Shown here piece by piece: positions 1 to 9,246 of a stretch of DNA of 64,000 nucleotides. Each line of letters begins with the position of its first letter. The first letter of the stretch is position 1. The notes under the pieces are model-generated. The model had not been told where the DNA came from, ran no database searches, and was given only the letters and a program-made list of their open reading frames with translations. A program made the translations under genes and the position numbers. This DNA comes from Thermoplasmata archaeon (GTDB taxonomy: Archaea > Thermoplasmatota > SW-10-69-26 > JACQPN01 > JAJPHT01), in NCBI GenBank assembly GCA_034667685.1, contig JAXDQU010000054.1, positions 1 through 64,000 on the forward strand, read 5' to 3'.

Positions 1-102
1 GTCGCGCTCGGCCAGGCGCCCGCCCTTCATCGAGGCCAGCGCGCCCAGCTCGGCGGCGGGGAGCGTGGGGTGCTCGGCCGAAAGCTCCACCATCAGGCGC
101 AT
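1..102 (-). CDS. Partial CDS (N-terminus only); possibly archaeal tRNA (guanine-N2) methyltransferase Trm11-like
   Basis: ATG at 102 gives MRLMVELSAEHPTLPAAELGAL, running off the window edge; ELSxEHPTLP resembles the N-terminus of archaeal Trm11-family proteins. Confidence 0.45.
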   Translation of the reverse strand, partial: MRLMVELSAEHPTLPAAELGALASMKGGRLAERD

Positions 103-125
103 GCGCGGGCGAGGCGGCCCGGCCA

Positions 126-299
126 CTAAGCGGTTTGCCTGCGCGCGCGCCACTCCAGGCCGAAGAGCGTGAGCCCCGCGGCGAGGAGCGCCGCCGACGC
201 ATAGGGGTAGAACGCGATCTCGGGCTCCAGGAGGGAGATCCCCCCGAGGCCGGTGGCGGCGAAGGCGAGGATGAAGCGGAGCGAGACGTCCTCGGTCAT
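126..299 (-). CDS. Small 57-aa membrane protein (2 hydrophobic segments)
   Basis: Manually translated MTEDVSLRFILAFAATGLGGISLLEPEIAFYPYASAALLAAGLTLFGLEWRARRQTA; typical GC3 codons; not in the ORF track. Confidence 0.6.
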   Translation of the reverse strand: MTEDVSLRFILAFAATGLGGISLLEPEIAFYPYASAALLAAGLTLFGLEWRARRQTA

Positions 300-403
300 G
301 GCGGTCGGAAGCGACCAGCGGCGGCCCCCGCATCAACCCTTGCAACCAACTGGCTGCATGGTGGCGGCGCCAGGTTCAACGGCGGCGGCGCCCCTCCCGC
401 CGC

Positions 404-1129
404 GTGCGCCTGCGCGTCCTGGGCAACCCCGACCGCTACCTGGCCCCTCTGTCGGGCGGCTCCGGCTACCTCCTGGAGGGGGCCGCGGGCGAGCGCATCC
501 TCCTGGACTGCGGCGGGGGCGTCCGGGAAGCCCTTGCGCATATGCAAGTCGACCGGCTCGACGCGGTCGTCCTGTCGCACTTCCACCACGACCACGTCCT
601 CGACCTCGTGACGCTGCGCGATGCGCTGGACGCCGGCACCCAGGTCTTCGTGCCGGCCGGCGAGGCGAAGCGGCTCGACCTCCTCGCGCAGGCGTTCGTC
701 TTCGAAGGCGCCTTCGACCTGCCCGGCCCGGTGCGCGAGGGGGCGCGCGACGGCCGCGTCGGGAGCCTCCGCCTCGCCTTCGCCCCCACGCAGCACAGCG
801 CGCCGAGCATGGCGACGCGGATCGAGGAGGCCGGCGCCGCGCTGGTGTACGCGAGCGACACCGCGCCCTGCGAGGAGCTGCGCCGCCTGGTCCGCCCCGG
901 CGACGCGCTGCTCATGCACACGCTGCTGCCCGACCTCCCCGCCGACCAGCCGCACCACAAGGTCCACAGCACCGTCGCCGCGGCGGCCCGCCTCGCCCGC
1001 GAGACCCAGGCTGGCGCGCTCTGGCTCTCGCACCGCTATCACGGCATCGACGCGGCCGAGCACCTGCGCGCGGCGGGCGACTTCCCGAGCGCGCGGCTGC
1101 TGGCGCCTGGAGAAACCTTCACCGTCTGA
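404..1129 (+). CDS. MBL-fold metallo-hydrolase (RNase Z/cAMP phosphodiesterase-like)
   Basis: LLDCG, SHFHHDH, YASDT, HST and LSH motifs. Confidence 0.88.
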   Translation: MRLRVLGNPDRYLAPLSGGSGYLLEGAAGERILLDCGGGVREALAHMQVDRLDAVVLSHFHHDHVLDLVTLRDALDAGTQVFVPAGEAKRLDLLAQAFVFEGAFDLPGPVREGARDGRVGSLRLAFAPTQHSAPSMATRIEEAGAALVYASDTAPCEELRRLVRPGDALLMHTLLPDLPADQPHHKVHSTVAAAARLARETQAGALWLSHRYHGIDAAEHLRAAGDFPSARLLAPGETFTV

Positions 1130-1171
1130 GCGACGGCACCTCTATATGACCGCTATGTGCCATCCCATAGC

Positions 1172-1411
1172 ATGGGAACGACGTCGATCCAGATCGACTC
1201 CAAGACCCGTGCGAAGCTTGCTCGGCTCAAGGCCGGCCCCCGCGAGACCTACGACGAGGTCCTGAACAAGCTGATGTCGCTCATCCCGGAGGGGGACGAG
1301 GAAGGGAAGTTCACCGACGAGTTCCGGCTCGGACTCCTGGAGGCCAAGCTCGACGTGAAGGCCGGACGCACCATCAGCCAGGATGAGATGAAGCGCCGGC
1401 TGGGCCTTTGA
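1172..1411 (+). CDS. Type II antitoxin (RHH-like, archaeal RelB-type)
   Basis: 79 aa, TTSIQI...ETYDEVL...GRTISQDEMKRRLGL; TGA overlaps the toxin ATG; TATA-like CTATATG about 25 nt upstream. Confidence 0.8.
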   Translation: MGTTSIQIDSKTRAKLARLKAGPRETYDEVLNKLMSLIPEGDEEGKFTDEFRLGLLEAKLDVKAGRTISQDEMKRRLGL

Positions 1412-1665
1412 TGCGCTGGACCGTCGCCTGGTCGCGCCGCGCCGAGAAGGACATGCTTGCCCTCGACGTCGCCATCGCGCGGCGCGTGCTCGGCAAGATC
1501 GCCGACGCGGCGCAGGACCCGCCGGCGTCCTTCGTGCGCCTCCAGGGAGCCGACGAATGGAAGCTCCGCATCGGCGACTACCGGGCGCTCGCGTACCTCT
1601 CCTTCGAGGACCGCCGCGTCACGGTCGCGCGCGTGCTCCGTCGCTCCGCGGCGCACAAGCGCTGA
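1411..1665 (+). CDS. RelE/ParE-family toxin
   Basis: 84 aa, basic, with RRAEKDM...RLQGADEWKLRIGDYR; translationally coupled to the antitoxin. Confidence 0.88.
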   Translation: MRWTVAWSRRAEKDMLALDVAIARRVLGKIADAAQDPPASFVRLQGADEWKLRIGDYRALAYLSFEDRRVTVARVLRRSAAHKR

Positions 1666-1673
1666 GCGCCGCC

Positions 1674-2168
1674 TCAGCCGGGGAAGTGGAACACCATGAT
1701 GACCGCGGTGAGCGCCACCAGGCCGATCGCCCCGAACGCGCAGCCCAGCCACGCGACGCTCCGGGCGGCGTAGTCCTTCGAGAGCGGCTGGCGGTTGTCG
1801 CGCGCCGCGCGGGCCTCGTCCACGAGCGAATCGCCGACGCGCCGCATGCCGAAGTACCAGAGGCCGAGCGCCAGGAACATCAGGATCAGGCCCCAGAGCG
1901 CGAAGGGCGTCTCCGCGATGCGATGACCGAAGAAGCGCACCATGCCGTAGCCCGCCGCGAACGTCACGAGCGCGCCGGGGCCGATGACGGCGCCGTCCAT
2001 CTTGCGCAGGCGCTCGTGCACGCCCGCCGCGAAGGCGGGATCGCCGCTGCGGTCGGCCATGAGCTTCCAGAAGAGCGCCGCGACGAGGCCGCCCAGGAAG
2101 AGCGCGACGCCCAGCATGTGCAGCGTGAAGAGCGAGAGGCAGCCGAAGCCGTCGCCGCAGAAGGCCAC
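1674..2168 (-). CDS. Four-TM membrane protein (DUF2269-like)
   Basis: LHMLGVALFLGG first helix, 4 hydrophobic segments, ends VIMVFHFP. Confidence 0.65.
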   Translation of the reverse strand: MAFCGDGFGCLSLFTLHMLGVALFLGGLVAALFWKLMADRSGDPAFAAGVHERLRKMDGAVIGPGALVTFAAGYGMVRFFGHRIAETPFALWGLILMFLALGLWYFGMRRVGDSLVDEARAARDNRQPLSKDYAARSVAWLGCAFGAIGLVALTAVIMVFHFPG

Positions 2169-2215
2169 GTGGGCCGGAGGCCGGGCCCTCGCCTAAGCGT
2201 TGTGTCCCGTCTTCT

Positions 2216-2294
2216 TCCAGCCACAGAGGACACGGAGGCACACAGAGGCGGTTTTCACAGTCCTCTGTGGACCTCTGTGTCCTCTGTGGCTGGA
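2216..2294. repeat. Intergenic inverted repeat (REP-like hairpin of CACAGAGG units)
   Basis: TCCAGCCACAGAGGACAC (2216-2233) is perfectly complementary to 2277-2294; pairing continues imperfectly inward. Confidence 0.85.
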
Positions 2295-2307
2295 GTCGCG
2301 TCCACGG

Positions 2308-2946
2308 CTAGCGAACGAGAACGCTGACGCTGAGCCCATCCCCCGTCGGCACCACGCTCGACACGAGCCTCGGATCGCGCAGCATCGCCTCGGTGTAGGC
2401 CCGGAGCCCCAGCACGCTCGCGTCCTTCTTGCCCGCGTCCCAGATGTCGCCGTGCCAGAGCAGGTTGTCCGCCGCGATGACGCCGCCGGAGCGCGCGAGG
2501 CGCTTGGCGTGCTCCAGGTACTGCGGATATTCCTCCTTCACGCAGTCGAGGAAGATCAGGTCGTAGCCGGGCGCGAGCTTGGGAAGCACGATGAGCGCGG
2601 CGCCCTCGTGGACGGTCGCGCGGGACGCGACGCCGGCCTCCTCGAAGTTGGCCCGCGCGCGGCGCGCCATCGCGGGGTCGATCTCGATCGTGTCGAGCCG
2701 CCCATCCTTCGGCATGCCGCCCAGGAGCCAGAGCGCGCCGTAGCCGACGTTGGTGCCGACCTCCAGCACGCGCTTCCCGCCGGTGGCGGCGACGAGCGTC
2801 CGCAGCAGCGCGCCCGTGAGCGGGTTGACGGCGGGCTGGTCCTCCGCGTTCGCCTCGCGGTGCAGCCGGTCCATCACCGAGAAAGGGTGCTTCGAGAGGC
2901 CGAGCAGGTAGCGGTCCGCGTCCGCGGGGAGCATGCCGGGGTCCAT
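2308..2946 (-). CDS. Class I SAM O-methyltransferase (caffeoyl-CoA OMT/Methyltransf_3 family)
   Basis: VLEVGTNVGYG, DLIFLDCVK, AADNLLW, GDG motifs. Confidence 0.92.
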   Translation of the reverse strand: MDPGMLPADADRYLLGLSKHPFSVMDRLHREANAEDQPAVNPLTGALLRTLVAATGGKRVLEVGTNVGYGALWLLGGMPKDGRLDTIEIDPAMARRARANFEEAGVASRATVHEGAALIVLPKLAPGYDLIFLDCVKEEYPQYLEHAKRLARSGGVIAADNLLWHGDIWDAGKKDASVLGLRAYTEAMLRDPRLVSSVVPTGDGLSVSVLVR

Positions 2947-3049
2947 CGGCCGAGCAACCCCAGCCTGAGCCTTAGCCTTCGCCCCAGCCGGCCGATCCCA
3001 AGAGGCTGAATTGCGAGCGCTTAAGAACGTCCTGGGGAGACTCCCCCTC

Positions 3050-3991
3050 GTGCGCGCGCTCGTCCTCTCCGGGGGCGGGGGCCGGGGCGCCTACGAGCTG
3101 GGCGTCTACAAGGCCTTCGTCGAGCGCCACCGGACGTTCGACCTCATCAGCGGCACCAGCGTGGGCGCCATCACGGCGGCCGCCATCGCCAGCGGGCTCT
3201 CCGTCTCCGAGCTGGAGGCCATGTGGGGGCGCATGCACAACTTCCGCGTGATGCAGCCGCGTGGCGACCTCTGGCGCCTGCCCACGTGGACGCACCTGAT
3301 GTACACCAAGCCGCTCCTGGAGTTCCTGGAGAAGGAGATCGACTACGAGGCCGTGAAGCGCTCGCCCGTCGAGGTGCGCGTGGCCGCGGTCGACGTGGGC
3401 ACCGGCGACCTGCGCATCTTCACCAACATGGAGCTGACGCCGCGGAGGCTCCTCGCGAGCAGCAGCATCCCGATCCTCTTCCCCATGGTCACGGACGTCG
3501 ACGGGCGCGTCTACTGGGACGGGGGCACCGTGGTCAACACGCCGCTCCAGCCCGCGATCGAGGCGGGCGCGACGGAGATCGTCACGGTGCTGCTCTCGCC
3601 GGTGGGCGCGCGGCCGCTCGACCCGCCGCACAACCTCTGGGAGGCCATCTCGCGCACCGCCGACCTGCGCCAGATGGGCAACCTCAAGGAGGACATCAAG
3701 CACGCCGAGTTCATCAACGGCCTGGTGGCCGCGGGCACGGCGGACCCGGCGTGGCACCACATCGACTTCCACATCGTCAGCCCGCAGCAGACGCTCGGCC
3801 TGATGACGATCCTGAACTTCGACAGAAAGCTCGCGCGCCGCCTCATCGACTGGGGTTACCAGGACGGGCTGGCGTACCTGGACGGCGACCGCGGCGAGCA
3901 CCGCGTCGAGGTCCGCGCGCGCGAGGAGCTGGCCGAGGCCGAGGAGCGCGAGGCGCGGTTCTGGCAGGTGCTGCCGGGGACCGATTTCTAG
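3050..3991 (+). CDS. Patatin-like phospholipase
   Basis: LSGGGGRG, GTSVG (catalytic Ser), DGG; GTG start chosen about 25 nt after TTAAGA. Confidence 0.92.
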   Translation: MRALVLSGGGGRGAYELGVYKAFVERHRTFDLISGTSVGAITAAAIASGLSVSELEAMWGRMHNFRVMQPRGDLWRLPTWTHLMYTKPLLEFLEKEIDYEAVKRSPVEVRVAAVDVGTGDLRIFTNMELTPRRLLASSSIPILFPMVTDVDGRVYWDGGTVVNTPLQPAIEAGATEIVTVLLSPVGARPLDPPHNLWEAISRTADLRQMGNLKEDIKHAEFINGLVAAGTADPAWHHIDFHIVSPQQTLGLMTILNFDRKLARRLIDWGYQDGLAYLDGDRGEHRVEVRAREELAEAEEREARFWQVLPGTDF

Positions 3992-4002
3992 CTTCCCTCG
4001 TC

Positions 4003-4200
4003 TCAAGGGCGGGTCTTGCGGACGAGCTTGCCTTCCTCGATGTCGCGAAGGGCCGCGAAGCCGCGTTCGACGGCGTGGGTGAGGGTGGCGAACTCCTTGC
4101 CATCGCCGGTTCGTTCCTCGATCCAGGCCAGGAGATCGGGATTCGGGCTCACGCTCAACTTCCGCTTGTTGCCGTGGGCGGCGGCCTTCGGCTTTGCCAT
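4003..4200 (-). CDS. Small ribbon-helix-helix-like DNA-binding protein
   Basis: 65 aa, KRKLSVSPNPDLLAWIEE...FATLTHAVE (strand-helix-helix pattern). Confidence 0.55.
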   Translation of the reverse strand: MAKPKAAAHGNKRKLSVSPNPDLLAWIEERTGDGKEFATLTHAVERGFAALRDIEEGKLVRKTRP

Positions 4201-4268
4201 GGTCGGACAAGGTAGGACAGTGTCGGTCTTTAAGCGGTCGGGCGACATTGTACGACGCTGTCCGAGGG

Positions 4269-4586
4269 ATGACGTTGGAAGACTCCGAACCGTGCCGCAA
4301 CCTCCGATCCAGGGAGGTCTACGTCGCTTGCCCGCATTGCGAGGGGCCCGTGAACGTCTCGCCCGAGCTCGCGCGGGCCATCACCGACTTCAGCATCGCC
4401 ATCTGCGGCGTGCTCAGGCCAGAGCAGAAGGCCTTGGGCGAAGCCCTCCGTTGGGTGGTGGCCGAGTGCAACGAGCGGCGCATCGAGGATGCCGAGGCGC
4501 GATTCATGCTCCAACGGCTTCTTCAACGCACATCGAAGGCCCGAGGAAGGAAGGGCCAGCCTCGTCCTCGCGCCTCGCGTGGATAA
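4269..4586 (+). CDS. Hypothetical protein with CPHC motif
   Basis: 105 aa, divergent from the RHH gene, GAGGG just before ATG; less GC3-biased. Confidence 0.4.
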   Translation: MTLEDSEPCRNLRSREVYVACPHCEGPVNVSPELARAITDFSIAICGVLRPEQKALGEALRWVVAECNERRIEDAEARFMLQRLLQRTSKARGRKGQPRPRASRG

Positions 4587-4814
4587 CCACGGTCGCGTTC
4601 CGGGCGTGGGGGGGGGGGGGCAGTTTCGGGGACCTGATCGGAGGGTTCCTCTTGGGGAGGGGGTTCGCGGTGGGACGCGGACACCCCCGGGACGCCCTTT
4701 CGCGTAACTCCGTCCCATGATCTTTGCGCGTCGGGACGGGTGGACGTGGGTCGTAACGCGACGGAGATTGGCGAGGATTCCTGCGAAACGGGACGCGGGC
4801 GGGCCGAAGCGGAC

Positions 4815-5330
4815 ATGCCAGCGTGGCGTGTTACGGGCGCCGTGCTCCTGGGCGCAGCCCCCGTCCTGCTCGGCGCGGCGCTGGTCCTTGCCGCGGTCGC
4901 CCTCCTCCTGGTCGCTCGCCGGGCCCGCACGCGCGCGCTGGCGCGCCGGGGGCTGGAGGCCTCGCGCGCGGGGAACGACGCGGACGCGCTGCGCTGGCTG
5001 GAGCGCGCGTGGCGCGGCGGCCGCGACCCGCAGGTCGGCCTGGAGCTGGCGTGGCACCTCACGGCGGTGCGGCGGCTCGAGGACGCGCTGGCCGTCTACG
5101 CCGCGCTCGGCGACGCGCTGCCCCCCGGCGAGGCGACGTGGCACATGGCGATGCTGCTCTTCGAGCACGGGGGCGACCTCGAGCGCGTCGAGACGCTGCT
5201 GGTCGCCACGCTGGACGCGGAGCCCGCCTTCGTCGAGGAGCTGCGGCTGGAGCCCGACGTGCTGAGCGCGATGAGCGCGCGCCCGGCGTTCCGCGAGGCC
5301 TGGCGGCGCGCGGCGGACGGACCGCGTTAG
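4815..5330 (+). CDS. Membrane-anchored TPR-like protein
   Basis: N-terminal hydrophobic helix followed by TPR-like helical repeats. Confidence 0.65.
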   Translation: MPAWRVTGAVLLGAAPVLLGAALVLAAVALLLVARRARTRALARRGLEASRAGNDADALRWLERAWRGGRDPQVGLELAWHLTAVRRLEDALAVYAALGDALPPGEATWHMAMLLFEHGGDLERVETLLVATLDAEPAFVEELRLEPDVLSAMSARPAFREAWRRAADGPR

Positions 5331-5536
5331 AACCCGTTTCATGACCTGTTTTCGGCCGTGCGGGCCGATGCGGGGCGGTCTGCTTCGTTGCGCGACCGCT
5401 CGAAAGCGCGCTGCGATTCCTTCGGGATCGCGCGCCTCGCATCTTCGGCCGAACGCTTCGGCCTCGCGCGAATGCGTTTCGCGCCCACCCCGCCTCGACC
5501 CGCCCGCCTCGAAAACAGGCCATGAAACGGGTTCTA
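5328..5536. mobile_element. MITE-like element, about 209 bp, with 27-bp terminal inverted repeats
   Basis: TAGAACCCGTTTCATGACCTGTTTTCG (5328-5354) versus 5510-5536, 1 mismatch; terminal TA may be a target duplication; no transposase. Confidence 0.8.
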
Positions 5537-5815
5537 GCGTCGCGCCCTGGCGCGGGCGAGCACGGCATCGGCGTTCGCAAGGTGCTTCGCCACCTCGCGG
5601 CCGGTGCGGGAGAGCGTGATCTCGACGATCTCCAGCGCGCCCTGCTCGCTCTTCTCCACGTCGACGACGTCCAGCTTGACGAGCCGCTCCAGCGCCATCC
5701 GGCTGCGGGCGGGCGACGCCTGGCACGCGGCGACGAAGCGGCGCATGTTCATCGGCTCGTCGGTGAGCAGCTGGAGGATAACAGTGACCTCCGGGCTCCC
5801 AAGCTCGTCGAGCAT
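5534..5815 (-). CDS. Winged-helix DNA-binding protein
   Basis: 93 aa, ILQLL...ALERLVKLDVV...ITLSRTGREVA wHTH pattern. Confidence 0.7.
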   Translation of the reverse strand: MLDELGSPEVTVILQLLTDEPMNMRRFVAACQASPARSRMALERLVKLDVVDVEKSEQGALEIVEITLSRTGREVAKHLANADAVLARARARR

Positions 5816-5918
5816 CACACCCTTCTAACCGGCTGCCCGGTTTCAATAACGAGTCGTCCAGGCGGGTCGCAAATCGACTCCGTGACTTTTATGTAATCAG
5901 CCGCCCCTCGACCTCCAC

Positions 5919-6311
5919 GTGGGGGGCCAACCGAACCTGCCGTGGTATTGCGTCCGGTGCGGGAGACGCACCCGCGCGGTGCTCTGGCTCGTCGCCGAGC
6001 GGCGGCTCGTCCACGCGCGGCGGCGGCGCGGCCCCGAGAGCCATGAGGCGTGCTGCGGGGGCGAGATCACGGAAAAGGAGGGCGTCGCCCCGCTTCACCC
6101 GGGCGACGTGACGCGCTGCATGCCCTCGTGGGGCAGCTTCTCGGTGCACTTCGTGCGCCTCGGACAGCCCACCGGCGCCCATGGGCGCTCCTGGACCGGC
6201 ACCGCGCTCTGCGGCCGCACCTACCGCGCCGGCCACTGGTCGCCGCTCCCGCGCGACGCGCCCCCGGGCGAAGCGTGCAAGCTGTGCCTTTCGCTGGCGG
6301 AGAGCGCCTAG
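5919..6311 (+). CDS. Cys/His-rich hypothetical protein (putative Zn-binding)
   Basis: CVRC, HEACC, LCGR and CKLC motifs; fills the gap between neighbours. Confidence 0.5.
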   Translation: MGGQPNLPWYCVRCGRRTRAVLWLVAERRLVHARRRRGPESHEACCGGEITEKEGVAPLHPGDVTRCMPSWGSFSVHFVRLGQPTGAHGRSWTGTALCGRTYRAGHWSPLPRDAPPGEACKLCLSLAESA

Positions 6312-7642
6312 AGCCTCGCCAGGAGGCGCGCGCAGAAGATGGCCAGCTCGTTGCCGTTGGAGCCGCTCCAGGCCGCGAGCGCCTCGTGGTCCCGCGTCCT
6401 CACGAGCCCGAAGTATTCGCCCAGCGCGGCGGGAGGATCGGTGATCGTGGGATCGAGCACGATGGGCGCTGCGACGCCCTCGCTCGTGAACGAGACCGCC
6501 CGGTAGGACGTCCCGCCGGAGGGGATCGCATGGAAGAACGTCGCGATCCACGTCCCGTTTCCCATCGCCACGAGCGCGGGCACGGTCGCCCCCTTCGCCT
6601 CGGGCGCGTCGATCACGCGGGGGGCGGTCCACGTCGCGCCCGCGTCGCGCGAGCCGCGGGCGACGAGCGTCTCTCCCGCCTGGCCGCCGACCGGGTAGAC
6701 CACCTCCCACCGCGCCGGCCCGAGCGCGACGACGGGCAGCCACGCGCAGGCGCCCAAGTCGGCGATGGCCCACGCGCGGCCCGCGTCGCGGGAGACGGCC
6801 ACGGCGCAGGACACGTTCCCAGCCCGGACGTCGGCGACGCTCACGAAGCGCGCGAAGGGGAGCACCCACGCTCCCTCGGGCGCCACCGCGGGCGCGCCCG
6901 TCATCGCGTTGCCCGCGGCCTCGGGCGCGCTCGCGGCGACCCACGTCCTTCCGCCGTCGCGCGAGACGGACACGAGCATGACGCTGCGCTCCTCGTCGGC
7001 GGGCGTCGCGCGCTCGCGGGCGCCGAACGCGGCGAGGAGCGTACCGTCGGGCGCGAGGGCGAAGGCGGGCTTCTCCAGCGCGACGAGCCGCGCGCCGCCA
7101 TCCAGGGCGAGGGCCTGCGCCTCGGCTCCCTCTCCGGTGGCGACGATGCTCGCCTCGGGGAAGTCGAGCGAGCCCGCGGGCGAGCGCGCGGCGAAGACGC
7201 GCGACTGCGTCTGCGCCAGTCCTCCCGCGTAGTAGGCCCCGTCCACGGCGAGCCCGCCGAGGACTGCGCTCCCGTCGGGAAGGAACACGAGGGTCGCATC
7301 GTAGGTCTCCGCGTCGGGCGCGCCGGGGAGGACGAAGGGGCGCGTCGTCCACGTGGCGCCTGCGTCGCGCGATTCGTGGAGAAGGAGCTGCTGGCGCGCC
7401 GCGACGGGCATCACCCCCGCGAGGCTCATGCTCGCGGCGAGCACGTGGCGCTCGTCCCGCGGATCGACCGCGAGCGCGGGCTCGCGTGGCTGGTCGGGGT
7501 TGGGGTCCACGAGCGTCTTGCAGGGCGCGGGGCACGTCAGCGCGGGCTGCGCCGGGCCCGGCGCGGCGGATGGCGCGGCAGCAGGAGCCGCGCAGCCGCA
7601 GAGGAGAATGCAGAGCGCGAGCGGCGCGAGGCGCGGGTCCAC
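6308..7642 (-). CDS. Sialidase-like BNR/Asp-box beta-propeller lipoprotein
   Basis: Lipobox-like LLCGC; four Asp boxes SRDAGATW, SRDGGRTW, SRDAGRAW, SRDAGATW. Confidence 0.85.
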   Translation of the reverse strand: MDPRLAPLALCILLCGCAAPAAAPSAAPGPAQPALTCPAPCKTLVDPNPDQPREPALAVDPRDERHVLAASMSLAGVMPVAARQQLLLHESRDAGATWTTRPFVLPGAPDAETYDATLVFLPDGSAVLGGLAVDGAYYAGGLAQTQSRVFAARSPAGSLDFPEASIVATGEGAEAQALALDGGARLVALEKPAFALAPDGTLLAAFGARERATPADEERSVMLVSVSRDGGRTWVAASAPEAAGNAMTGAPAVAPEGAWVLPFARFVSVADVRAGNVSCAVAVSRDAGRAWAIADLGACAWLPVVALGPARWEVVYPVGGQAGETLVARGSRDAGATWTAPRVIDAPEAKGATVPALVAMGNGTWIATFFHAIPSGGTSYRAVSFTSEGVAAPIVLDPTITDPPAALGEYFGLVRTRDHEALAAWSGSNGNELAIFCARLLARL

Positions 7643-7687
7643 GTCGCGCGAGGCCCACGGCCGCTTATGGCCGCTGTCGTGAGGGCG

Positions 7688-8158
7688 CTAGAGCAGCACG
7701 ATTTCCTTCGTGTCCGCGTCGTAGGAGAGGATGTTGCCGTGTCGCCCCCAGTTGATGAGCGTGCGCACGGCCTCCTCCTGGTCGTGGGTCCAGAGCTTGA
7801 AGCCGAGGATGTCGGCCAGCTCGTCCTTCTGCATGCGGCCGCCGACCTTCTGGAGCTTCCCGAGGACGTCCATGAAGATCGGCGTCTTGAGCGCCTGCTC
7901 GCGGAAGATCGTCTTCCGGGTCTTCAACGACGCCTTGAGCATCTTGCGCCCCACGTCCGTGAGCGCGACGTCGCCCTCGGCCACCTTCACGAAGCCGAGC
8001 AGCTCCGCGGCGTGGACGCTGGGCAGGAACTCGTCGATGTCGAGGTCGTAGTCGGCCGCGATGCGCGCGGCGTCGACCTTCCCCTTGTAGTCGTCGACGA
8101 TCTCCAACACGCCGACGATCGAGCCGACGGGGACGTTGGGGAGCTGGGGGCTCAGCAT
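7688..8158 (-). CDS. Stand-alone AAA-associated C-terminal domain of NitT/TauT-type ABC ATPases
   Basis: LPNVPVGSIVGVLE, AAELLGFV, TLINWGRHG; follows the ABC ATPase. Confidence 0.82.
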   Translation of the reverse strand: MLSPQLPNVPVGSIVGVLEIVDDYKGKVDAARIAADYDLDIDEFLPSVHAAELLGFVKVAEGDVALTDVGRKMLKASLKTRKTIFREQALKTPIFMDVLGKLQKVGGRMQKDELADILGFKLWTHDQEEAVRTLINWGRHGNILSYDADTKEIVLL

Positions 8159-8182
8159 GGCCGGACCTCCGGGGCTCCGCCC

Positions 8183-8275
8183 GCTCCGACGCGGAGCGCG
8201 CGACGAACGCGACGGTGTTCAGAAGCGCCGCGCGCGTCGCGTCCCTCGCGTCGTCGCATGCGGAGCCGCGGAGCG
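8183..8275. repeat. Degenerate intergenic hairpin element, same family as 30392-30495
   Basis: TCGCATGCGGAGCCGCGGAGCG (8254-8275) matches 30474-30495 at 21/22. Confidence 0.65.
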
Positions 8276-8304
8276 GTGGAAACGTCAGTCGGGAACATGG
8301 GCGA

Positions 8305-9057
8305 TCACGTGATGAGCTTGTAGATGCGGTCGCTCTCCTCGTAGAACTCGGGCGACTTGCGGTCGCGCGGCCGAGGGAGCTTGATGCGTTCGTCGGCCAG
8401 GATGCGGCCGGGGCGCGTGCCGAAGACGATGACGCGGTCGGCCATGTAGACGGCCTCCTCCACGTTGTGCGTGACCATGCAGACGGCCTCGGGCGGCAGG
8501 TCGGGGTCGCCCCAGAGCCTCAGCACCTCCTCGCGCAGCGTCTCGGTGGTCAGGGGATCGAGCGCGCTGAACGGCTCGTCCATGCAAAGGAGGATCGGAT
8601 CGGTCGCCAGGGCGCGCGCGAGGCCGACGCGCTGCTTCATCCCGCCGGAAAGCTCGCGCGGGTACGCGTTCTCGAAGCCCGCCAGGCCCACGATGTCGAT
8701 CAGCTCCGCGGCCTTGACGTGGCGCTCCTTCTTCGCGTAGCCCTGCGCCTCCAGGCCCAGCGAGACGTTGTCGAGCACGTCGAGCCACGGCATGAGCGCG
8801 AAGTTCTGGAAGACCATCGTGACCTTCGGGTTGTCCACGCGGATCTTCGCGCCCTGGTAGAGCACCTCGCCCTGCGTGGGCGTGTCGAGGCCGCAGAGCA
8901 GGCGCAGCAGCGTCGACTTGCCGCAGCCGCTGGGCCCGACGAGCGCGACGAACTCGTTGCGCTGCATCTCGAAGTTGATGTCCTTGAGCACGACGATCTT
9001 CTTCTGGCCGTCGTCGTACTCCTTCCAGACACCCTTCACTTCGACCAGCGGGGGCAA
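8305..9057 (-). CDS. ABC transporter ATP-binding protein (NitT/TauT family)
   Basis: GPSGCGKST, LSGGMKQR, MDEPFSALD; TTG start after GGGAGG. Confidence 0.93.
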   Translation of the reverse strand: MPPLVEVKGVWKEYDDGQKKIVVLKDINFEMQRNEFVALVGPSGCGKSTLLRLLCGLDTPTQGEVLYQGAKIRVDNPKVTMVFQNFALMPWLDVLDNVSLGLEAQGYAKKERHVKAAELIDIVGLAGFENAYPRELSGGMKQRVGLARALATDPILLCMDEPFSALDPLTTETLREEVLRLWGDPDLPPEAVCMVTHNVEEAVYMADRVIVFGTRPGRILADERIKLPRPRDRKSPEFYEESDRIYKLIT

Positions 9058-9147
9058 CGGGGCGCTATCCCTCCCTCTCGTACTTGGGCGTTGGGCTCCA
9101 CGCTCTCCCGAGTCGCCTCGTGGGCGCCCCGCGCCGCCGCGCCTTCG

Positions 9148-9225
9148 CCGCCAGCACGCCCTCACGCCAAGACGCGAATCTGTGGATGCCGAGGCCCGCG
9201 CGTCGGCGTGATGGCGCGTTGGCGG
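9148..9225. repeat. Imperfect intergenic inverted repeat
   Basis: CCGCCAGCACGCCCTCACGCCAAGACGCG pairs imperfectly with CGCGTCGGCGTGATGGCGCGTTGGCGG. Confidence 0.55.
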
Positions 9226-9246
9226 CCGCGCGAAGCGCGAGCGCGG

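Noticed and set aside
2216-2294. CACAGAGG repeats as a CRISPR array
   Set aside because: Inverted arrangement, no spacers, no cas genes
4596-4670. G-rich stretch as an archaeal origin (ORB G-string)
   Set aside because: No clear ORB consensus, AT-rich unwinding element or cdc6/orc1 gene in the window
7688-9057. ABC ATPase and AAA-associated domain as a disrupted gene
   Set aside because: Both have clean ends and the second has its own GGAGG site; a natural split is more likely
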